Positions 54,371-61,771 of a stretch of 64,000 nucleotides of DNA are shown here, piece after piece. Position numbers and translations under genes: made by a program. Numbering within the stretch: position 1 is the stretch's first letter; each line of letters begins with the position of its first letter. Origin of the DNA: Verrucomicrobiales bacterium (GTDB lineage Bacteria > Verrucomicrobiota > Verrucomicrobiia > Verrucomicrobiales > V1-33); the NCBI GenBank assembly GCA_046155625.1, contig JBJXFS010000359.1, positions 35,767 to 99,766 on the forward strand. Direction: 5' to 3'. Under the pieces are notes generated by a model. It saw only the letters and a list, made by a program, of their open reading frames with translations, was not told the DNA's origin and made no database searches.

Positions 54371-54593
54371 GGTGGGACGAGACCTCCCGGGCTCGTAGGC
54401 GGTGGGAGCGTGGTGACCGAAGCCCGTTCTTCGCCTTCTCAAGCGGTGCCCCAAGCTAGAGAAGGCGATGAGCCATGAGGCGGCCATCGCGAAGTCTCCG
54501 GGTGTGAATCACGCGACCATCACCCGAGAAGTGGAGACTTTTCACTCACAGCACGCCTTCACCGCCTACGCGCCCGGGAGGTCGCGTCCCACC
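54371..54593. mobile_element. MITE-like element / internally deleted IS30-family remnant bounded by 34-bp terminal inverted repeats
   Basis: ggtgggacgagacctcccgggctcgtaggcggtg (54371-54404) is the reverse complement of caccgcctacgcgcccgggaggtcgcgtcccacc (54560-54593) at 32 of 34 positions. The internal short ORF (54468-) encodes ..AAIAKSPGVNHATITREVE.., which resembles the IS30 transposase HTH (..IATALNRSPSTISREV..). No transposase catalytic domain is present. Confidence 0.45.
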
Positions 54594-54742
54594 CCAATGC
54601 CCCCTCCTCTCATTCGCTTAGGCGTCGTTTCGTTAACAAAACACCAGGGAAAACGTACAGACACCAAGCCGCGGACGACGCCCACGGCCATCATGGCGTA
54701 ATCTCTGCTTGACCGCAGAGCCGGTCAGGCGGCAGTTCCGTC

Positions 54743-56539
54743 ATGTCCGCTCGCGTCCGCCGCTCCCAAGTTCCCGCGACCCAGGCTGACCCGCCACGGC
54801 CGCCGCTGCCAGCGGAGACGTATCGGGCGCTTTTTGCCCACAGTCCGGTGCCGACACTGGTGTGCGACACGGATGGGAATTTCGTTGAGGTCAATCAGGC
54901 ATTCGCGCAGTTGTTCGGGTACTCGCGCCGGGAGCTGGTCGGCGGGCGGGTCAGTGTGGTGACACACCCACTGGATCTGGCAGAGCATCGCGAGCGGCTG
55001 GAGGGATTTCGCGGCGGGAAGGCGGATGCCTTCGCCACGCGCAAGCGGTATCTGACCAAGGACGGGCGCACTCTTTGGGGCGAGAGCCACGCCCGACTGG
55101 TCCGGGACGCGGATGGGTTGCCCCGCTGGATTGTGGCGCAGATTTTCGACCGCACCGAGGAGCAGATCACCGCGGAACAAGCGCGGGAATCCGAGCAGCA
55201 ACTCCAGGCCATCCTCGACAACTCATCCGCTGTCATCTTCGTCAAGGATTTGCAAGGGCGCTACATCATGGTCAATCGCCGCTTCGAGCAGCTCCACCGC
55301 CTGGTCCGCAGCAGCGTGCTCGGGCGCACCGACCGCCAGCTCTTCGACGCCAAGATCGCCCGTGTTCTCCGCCGGCACGATCAGGCCATCATCGCGGCCG
55401 GCCGCGAAACCCAACTCGAGGAGGAAATGCTCTTCGGCAACGAGCTGCGCACGTTCATCAGCCTCAAATTCCCGCTGCGCAATCTCGAAGGCGACATCGT
55501 CGCCATCGCCGGCATGTCGACCGACATCACCCGCCGCAAACGCGCCGAGACGCGCCTCAAAGTGCTCAACGAGCGCCTGCTCCGCGCCAACGACGAGCTC
55601 AAAAAAACTCAGCTCCAGCTAATTCAGGCCGAAAAGCTCGAATCGATCGGACGCTTGGCCGCCGGGGTCGCCCACGAAGTGAAAAACCCGCTGGCCCTGC
55701 TCCTCATGGGGGTCGAGTATCTGGAGAGCCACGTACCGACCGGCGACGAGCATGTGCCGGCCATTCTAAAGGAAATGCGCGAGGCCATCACTCGCGCCGA
55801 ACGCATCATCGTCGGCATGGTCGATTTTTCGAGCCACCGCCAGCTCGACTGGCAGACCGTCCATCTCAACCAGATCATCGAGGGGGCCGCCCTGCTCACA
55901 CGACACCAGTTCACCCGCAAAAGCGTTCGCCTGAAAAAAAACTTCGACCGCCAGCTCCCACCGATCCGGGCCGACAAGACGCGCATCGAGCAGGTCATCG
56001 TCAATCTATTCATCAATGCCGTCCAGGCCGTCAAAAAAGGCGGCCGCGTCTCGGTCGCCACGTGGTCCCGCCAGCTTGGCGAGCAGGACCGCCGCAATTT
56101 CGGATCCCGCACGGCCAATCCTTTTCGCGCCGGAGACCGCGTGGTCATCGTGGAAATCGCTGACAACGGACCCGGAATCCCGCCGGAAGTGCTCGGAAAA
56201 GTATTCGATCCATTCTTCACCACCAAGCCGACCGGGGAAGGCACCGGCCTCGGCTTGAGCGTCACCCGCAAGATCGTCGACCTCCACGAGGGTCAGATTG
56301 AGCTGATCAACGCGCCGGAAGGCGGCGTGAAAGTCACATTGACCTTCAAGGCCCAAGAATCAATGCTTCAGTCTTCCGACGCGGTGGGGCCGTCGGGAGA
56401 GGCTGACGGGTTCGACCTTTCGCCTGCTCAACCATCCACCGCATCGGCGCCACTCCAACACCATGAAAAAAATTCTCCTCGTGGACGACGAAGTCGGGTT
56501 CACCCGGCTCGTCAAACTCAATCTCGAAAAGACCGGTAA
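54743..56539 (+). CDS. PAS-PAS sensor histidine kinase
   Basis: Two PAS modules (..NQAFAQLFGYSRRELVG.. and ..AVIFVKDLQGRYIMVNRRFEQLH..). Coiled coil. H-box RLAAGVAHEVKNPL. N/G boxes NLFINAVQAV and DNGPGIPPEVLGKVFDPFFTTKPTGEGTGLGLS. The 3' tail overlaps the receiver gene by 77 nt. Confidence 0.9.
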   Translation: MSARVRRSQVPATQADPPRPPLPAETYRALFAHSPVPTLVCDTDGNFVEVNQAFAQLFGYSRRELVGGRVSVVTHPLDLAEHRERLEGFRGGKADAFATRKRYLTKDGRTLWGESHARLVRDADGLPRWIVAQIFDRTEEQITAEQARESEQQLQAILDNSSAVIFVKDLQGRYIMVNRRFEQLHRLVRSSVLGRTDRQLFDAKIARVLRRHDQAIIAAGRETQLEEEMLFGNELRTFISLKFPLRNLEGDIVAIAGMSTDITRRKRAETRLKVLNERLLRANDELKKTQLQLIQAEKLESIGRLAAGVAHEVKNPLALLLMGVEYLESHVPTGDEHVPAILKEMREAITRAERIIVGMVDFSSHRQLDWQTVHLNQIIEGAALLTRHQFTRKSVRLKKNFDRQLPPIRADKTRIEQVIVNLFINAVQAVKKGGRVSVATWSRQLGEQDRRNFGSRTANPFRAGDRVVIVEIADNGPGIPPEVLGKVFDPFFTTKPTGEGTGLGLSVTRKIVDLHEGQIELINAPEGGVKVTLTFKAQESMLQSSDAVGPSGEADGFDLSPAQPSTASAPLQHHEKNSPRGRRSRVHPARQTQSRKDR

Positions 56540-56834
56540 GTACACCGTCCGCGTCATCAACGACTCGACCGAGGCTCTCGAGGCCATGCACACATTCGCT
56601 CCTGATCTCGCTTTGCTCGACATCGTCATGCCCGATCTGGACGGAGGCGATCTGGTGGCCCAGATGAAACAGGATCCCGTGCTCAAAAAAATCCCGGTCC
56701 TCATGCTCACCGCGCTGGTCGCCCAACGGGAAACTGGCGGCAAACCGACCGAGCGCGGCGACCTCACGATGATTGCGAAACCTGTCAGCATGCCCACGCT
56801 GATCGCCGCCATCCAGGAAAAACTCGGGGCGTAG
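56463..56834 (+). CDS. single-domain response regulator (CheY-like receiver)
   Basis: MKKILLVDDE..., phospho-acceptor context LALLDIVMPDLDG, ..IPVLMLTA.., ..KP.. No output domain. Confidence 0.9.
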   Translation: MKKILLVDDEVGFTRLVKLNLEKTGKYTVRVINDSTEALEAMHTFAPDLALLDIVMPDLDGGDLVAQMKQDPVLKKIPVLMLTALVAQRETGGKPTERGDLTMIAKPVSMPTLIAAIQEKLGA

Positions 56835-56964
56835 CACTCGTGCCACAGCGGATTTCGCGCAGCTCGGAATGGCGTGCGCGAAATTGGGATCTCTCGAGGC
56901 CACGGTTTTAATCTCGACTTGGATTTCCGGATCGGGCATCTTGATGGGGCTTATCGAGTTTGCC

Positions 56965-57684
56965 ATGGCCGCCTTTCCAGAGACCCGATGGAGCCAAGTG
57001 CTGACCGCTCGGGGAGACGGCCCAAAATCCCGGGAGGCGCTCGAGTCATTGTGCCAGGCCTATTGGCCACCGGTGTATCATTTTATCCGGCATCGCGGGC
57101 AAAACCATGCGGACGCCCAGGACTTGACGCAGGGTTTCTTTGCGACGCTGCTGGAACGACGCTCATTCGACACCGTGGATCCTTCCAAGGGGCGACTGCG
57201 CAGTTTTTTGCTCACGGCCGTCACGCGCTTCATGGCCAACGAACACGAAAGATCGATGGCCTGGAAACGGGGCGGCCGCGCCGTCCATCTTCGGATCGAT
57301 CCGGAGACCGCTTGGGACGTGCCGTCATGCGATCCGGGGCACGCGCTGACACCCGAAATCGCCTTCGAGCGCGCGTGGGCATTGCGATTGTTGGACCGGG
57401 TGTTGGAAGATTTGGGCCGGGCGGCTGAGGAGGCGGGGCAAGGCGCGCTTTTCGGTGAATTGCGGGGCCTGATTTCGTTCGAACCCCCGCCGGCAAGCTA
57501 CGAAACCATTGGGACTCGTCTTGACATGTCGGTTTCCGCCGTCAAAGCCGCCGCGCATCGGCTCCGCCATCGCTACCGGGATGCCCTCCGACGTCACATC
57601 GCCGATACCGTGGCTCATGAGGAGGAAGTGGAAGACGAACTGAATCATCTCTTTGAAATCTTTTCAGATCCCCTGTCGCCGTGA
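56965..57684 (+). CDS. ECF-type RNA polymerase sigma factor (Ser/Thr-kinase-associated type)
   Basis: The sigma-2-like region is ..LCQAYWPPVYHFIRHRGQNHADAQDLTQGFFATLLER.. The sigma-4 HTH is ..SYETIGTRLDMSVSAVKAAAHRLRHRYRDAL.. It sits immediately upstream of a Hanks kinase. ATG verified at 56965. Confidence 0.8.
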   Translation: MAAFPETRWSQVLTARGDGPKSREALESLCQAYWPPVYHFIRHRGQNHADAQDLTQGFFATLLERRSFDTVDPSKGRLRSFLLTAVTRFMANEHERSMAWKRGGRAVHLRIDPETAWDVPSCDPGHALTPEIAFERAWALRLLDRVLEDLGRAAEEAGQGALFGELRGLISFEPPPASYETIGTRLDMSVSAVKAAAHRLRHRYRDALRRHIADTVAHEEEVEDELNHLFEIFSDPLSP

Positions 57685-57889
57685 CAGGACGGCATGGACT
57701 CCGGTCCCGGCGCAACCTCAGAAAACCAATCCGGAATAATAAGAAAAGCTCCCCTTGTCCTCAGTACCTTGGCTTCTCCTCCACGCCGCCCCGCCAGGGC
57801 AGCGTAAAGCAAACGGAGCCCGAAGGGGGGTGATCGGGCGATCACCGCTTTTGCGCTCAGACAACCCGACCAATAGCGCCCCCAACCTC

Positions 57890-60800
57890 ATGAGCCCCCC
57901 CATCATATGCCCCGCCTGCGGGCGACGCCTTCGGGCCGGCTCGGGCGGAGAGATGTGCCCAAGGTGTCTTCTGGGAGTTGGCATGCTGGGTCCGCCCACG
58001 GCGCGACTGGACGCGGACGGCCCCGAAGTCGCTGATTTGCAGCCCTACTTTCCGGACCTTCGCATCGATTCGATGCTGGGACAGGGAGGCATGGGGTCGG
58101 TGTACAAGGTATGGCAAACGGCGCTGGAACGGTTTGCGGCGCTGAAAGTACTGCCTCTGGACTTTGCTTCCCGGCCCGGATTTCGGGATCGATTCACGCG
58201 TGAGGCGCGGACGCTGGCGGCGTTGAATCATCCTCACATAGTGACGGTTTATGATTTCGGCGAACGCCACCATCACTTCTTTTTCTTGATGGAGTATGTG
58301 GATGGCGGCGATTTGCGCTCACTCATCCGGTCTCGTTCGCCGAGCACACGCGAAACCCTGCATGTGATCGACCAAGTCTGCGACGCCCTCGCGTATGCGC
58401 ACGAGCAGGGCGTGGTGCATCGCGACATCAAACCTGGCAATGTTCTGCTCGATTCGCGAGGGCGGGTGAAAATAGCCGATTTCGGTGTGGCGAAATTGCT
58501 GGGGCAAACGGATACCGGCATGCCCGCCGGCTACGTGTTGGGCACCCCGCGTTACATGGCGCCCGAGCAACTGGAGTCGCCGGTGACGGTGGATCATCGC
58601 GCCGATATTTATTCGCTGGGCGTCCTGCTTTACGAGTTGCTCACCGGCAATCTGCCGACCGAGCCGGTGACGCCGCTCCCCCGCTCTGCCACCCGTGATA
58701 ACCGGTTGGAGGGAGTGGTTCTGCGGGCACTCGAACGGGATCCGAACCACCGGTTCCAACACGCCAGCGAGATTCGGGAAAACGTGAGGCAATTATTGGC
58801 GCCAAAGAGAACTCGCGGACGCGTTTGGGCATTCGGCGGCTTGGCGGTGGGGGCGAGCGCGGCAGCAGCGGCTCTGATGCTCAAGACGACTGACTCGCAT
58901 TCGGTCGAGCCAGACCCGTTCCCGCCGGTTTGGGAAAACTCGTTGGGAATGCGATTCCGACCGGTTCCGGACGTGCCGGGATTGGTTTCGATTTGGGAAA
59001 CGCGCGTTCGCGATTGGAATGCGTTTGCCAGCGAGCAGGCACCTGGCCTGACCGCCCCGCCCTTCAAACAAAGCGATGACCATCCGTTGACCGGAGTGTC
59101 GCTGGACACGGCCGAGGCCTTTTGCCGTTGGTTGACGGCGAAAGAACGGCGAATGGGATTGCTGACGGCAAACCAGCAGTATCGGCTGCCGAGCGATGAA
59201 GAATGGAGCCTCGCGGTCGGTCTTCGGGAACCGGCGGCCGCTTCGCCGGCGCAACGCCATCTTCAGGTGCGGGACGAATACCCCTGGGGCACCCTGGCCC
59301 CCATTCCGCTCGGAGCGGGCAACTATCCAGACTCCGCCCTGCAGGCGCGCGTCCCCACCAGCCAAGCGGTCGCCGGCTACTACGATGGAATCCCCTTCAC
59401 TTCCCCGGTCGGTACTTTCGCGGCGAATCCGCTCGGTCTCCACGATCTCGGAGGCAATGTCTGGGAATTGACCTCGTCACCCTTTTCGCCGGAGATGGCC
59501 AAGCCCACGTGGCGCGGTGGGTCTTGGGCCTTCCCCGATACGGCCAGTGGCTTCGACTTTCTGCTCTCGTCCTTCCGACTGACCGAAGGGATCGACCTGC
59601 CGCCATCGACGTGCGGTTTTCGCATCGTTCGCGCGCAGGTCGACTCCTTGCCCGCGGCGTTGCTCTCGGCCGTGCAGGACGGCGATGCGGCGGCCGTGCG
59701 CGACTCTCTGACCGTCGGCAATTCCAAACTGGACGAAACCGACGCCTTTGGCCGGACCGCGCTGGCGCTGGCGGTCCGGAGTGCGAACCAATCGATGGTC
59801 AATATGCTGCTGGAAGCCGGCGCGCGCGTCGACCTCCAGGACCCCAGTGGCTTCACCCCCATGCATGATGCGGCGAAGGCCGGCCACGCCGCCCTGATCA
59901 AGCGACTGGTGGCTCACGGTGGACGGGTTGACGTCCGAGCGGGGGGGAATGGCCTGCGCCCGTTGGATACCGCCGCCGCCGCTGGTTCCATTCCCGTTAT
60001 GGAAGCCCTGCTGGAGGCCGGCGCGCGGGTGAATCCACCGGGCGACACCGACCCTTCGCCTGTCGTCGAGGCCTTGAGCCAGCGGCACGCGTCGGCGGCC
60101 CTTTGGCTTTTGGACCACGGCGCCGACCCCCAGGCCGACCCGCAGCGCACCGGGCAGACACCGGTCGCCGTGGCGGCGCTTTACGGGGAAGCCGAAGTTG
60201 TCGCGCGCTTGCTTTCCATGGGGGCGGCGATCGAGACGCGGGCGATGGGTCTGTCGCTGTTGAGTTTGGCGGCGATGGGAGCCGATCCGGAGACCATTCA
60301 GTTGCTGATCGACCGTGGGGTCGACACTTCAGAAATCACGCCGCTGGCACTGGCGTGCGCCAGCCAGGCATTGATAGGGGGAGGGGCTGAGCCCGCCTCG
60401 CAGGCATCCGGAGCTCCGGAGGCAGAGCGACCATGGGGAGGGGTTCCACCGATGCTGAGGGCCGTGATGAAACGCTTCCTCAATGACGTCGCCACGCGGC
60501 GCGCATCCGGAGGCCGGGCTGAATCGATTCGGAAACTAGTCGAAGCCGGGGCACCGATTGAGGAGCGATTGCCCAATGGCCTAACGGTGTTTCAATCGGC
60601 CGTCTATGTGGGGGATGGGGAGGCGGTGCAGGCGTTGCTGGCGGCTGGATGTGACCCACAATCCGCGGATCACGCTGGATTCACGCCGTTGCATACGGCG
60701 CTCGAGCGCGGCCACCTGGAAATCGTGCGTCTGCTGCTGGGGCGCCAGGTGGCTGTCGGCACGCTGACCGCCGAGGGGCTCACGCCTTTGCACATCGCGT

Positions 60801-61771
60801 CCGTGGCGGGACGAGCCGAAGCAGTGCCTTGGTTGGTCGCCGCGGGAGCCGAGGTGAATGCTCCTTCGCGCCATGGACTCACGGCCCTCCAGTATGCCGC
60901 TGGTTATGGATGGGGGGCGACGGTGGAGGCGCTGATCGGGCAGGGAGCGCGTGTCGATGCTGTGGGCGGCGCGACTCAGATCACGGCGCTGCACCTGGCG
61001 GCCGGCGGGCCTGCCGGCGCCCAGGCGCAAATGCGGAAAGACGCGCCGCTGCTTCCCCTCCATGAACCGAAGGCTCCGGCTTCTCCCGCGGCACCGGAGG
61101 ACCAGTATCTCGCTGCCGTCCGCCTGCTTCTGGATCACGGCGCCAGGGTCGACGTACGGACTTCGGAAGGGGTCGCACCGATGCACTTCGCGGCCCAGCA
61201 CGATGCCGAACCGATTGTTACCCTTTTGCTCGATCGCGGGGCGGGACAGGAAACGCACGATCTCGAATTTCGAACGCCGCTGCATTATGCCGCCATCGGG
61301 AACGCCGCCCGAGTGACGGCGCTCTTGTTGAGCCGTGGAGCGAAACTCAACCCGCTTCTGGCCGCTTCCTCGCCATTCCATGAAGCGACCGCCCGAGGCA
61401 ACGTCGAAGTGGCCGCCCTTTTGCGCGGACATGGCGCTGATCTTGACGGACGCAATGCACAGACGGCCACGCCGCTTCACCTCGCGATCGATGGCGGTCA
61501 CCGGCGCATGGTCGAGTGGTTGGTCGAAGCGGGAGCCGATCTCGAGCAGCGTGACGGGGGATGGATGACCCCCCTGCACCGCGCCGTGCATGCGGGGTCC
61601 CCTGAGATCGTCCGGCTTCTCTGCCAACGAGGGGCCAATCCCGACGCCCGCGATTTCTCCAGCGCCACGCCGCTTCAATACGCCCAGTCCCTCAATCAAC
61701 CTGAACTGCAAGCCATCCTGCGCCAAGCCGCCGCCTCGCGGCGCCCGACCGCCACCCGCCGCACGCCATGA
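57890..61771 (+). CDS. multidomain Ser/Thr protein kinase: Zn-ribbon + Hanks kinase + TM + FGE-sulfatase (SUMF1-like) domain + ~20 ankyrin repeats
   Basis: CPACGRRL...CPRCLLG is the ribbon. GQGGMGSVYKV, HRDIKPGNVLL, DFGVAKL and APE are kinase motifs. TM helix VWAFGGLAVGASAAAAALML. ..HPLTGVSLDTAEAFCRWL.., HDLGGNVWELT and WRGGSWA are FGE-domain motifs. A long run of ankyrin units follows (..G.TPLH.A...GH.E.V..LL..GA..). ATG verified at 57890. Confidence 0.88.
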   Translation: MSPPIICPACGRRLRAGSGGEMCPRCLLGVGMLGPPTARLDADGPEVADLQPYFPDLRIDSMLGQGGMGSVYKVWQTALERFAALKVLPLDFASRPGFRDRFTREARTLAALNHPHIVTVYDFGERHHHFFFLMEYVDGGDLRSLIRSRSPSTRETLHVIDQVCDALAYAHEQGVVHRDIKPGNVLLDSRGRVKIADFGVAKLLGQTDTGMPAGYVLGTPRYMAPEQLESPVTVDHRADIYSLGVLLYELLTGNLPTEPVTPLPRSATRDNRLEGVVLRALERDPNHRFQHASEIRENVRQLLAPKRTRGRVWAFGGLAVGASAAAAALMLKTTDSHSVEPDPFPPVWENSLGMRFRPVPDVPGLVSIWETRVRDWNAFASEQAPGLTAPPFKQSDDHPLTGVSLDTAEAFCRWLTAKERRMGLLTANQQYRLPSDEEWSLAVGLREPAAASPAQRHLQVRDEYPWGTLAPIPLGAGNYPDSALQARVPTSQAVAGYYDGIPFTSPVGTFAANPLGLHDLGGNVWELTSSPFSPEMAKPTWRGGSWAFPDTASGFDFLLSSFRLTEGIDLPPSTCGFRIVRAQVDSLPAALLSAVQDGDAAAVRDSLTVGNSKLDETDAFGRTALALAVRSANQSMVNMLLEAGARVDLQDPSGFTPMHDAAKAGHAALIKRLVAHGGRVDVRAGGNGLRPLDTAAAAGSIPVMEALLEAGARVNPPGDTDPSPVVEALSQRHASAALWLLDHGADPQADPQRTGQTPVAVAALYGEAEVVARLLSMGAAIETRAMGLSLLSLAAMGADPETIQLLIDRGVDTSEITPLALACASQALIGGGAEPASQASGAPEAERPWGGVPPMLRAVMKRFLNDVATRRASGGRAESIRKLVEAGAPIEERLPNGLTVFQSAVYVGDGEAVQALLAAGCDPQSADHAGFTPLHTALERGHLEIVRLLLGRQVAVGTLTAEGLTPLHIASVAGRAEAVPWLVAAGAEVNAPSRHGLTALQYAAGYGWGATVEALIGQGARVDAVGGATQITALHLAAGGPAGAQAQMRKDAPLLPLHEPKAPASPAAPEDQYLAAVRLLLDHGARVDVRTSEGVAPMHFAAQHDAEPIVTLLLDRGAGQETHDLEFRTPLHYAAIGNAARVTALLLSRGAKLNPLLAASSPFHEATARGNVEVAALLRGHGADLDGRNAQTATPLHLAIDGGHRRMVEWLVEAGADLEQRDGGWMTPLHRAVHAGSPEIVRLLCQRGANPDARDFSSATPLQYAQSLNQPELQAILRQAAASRRPTATRRTP

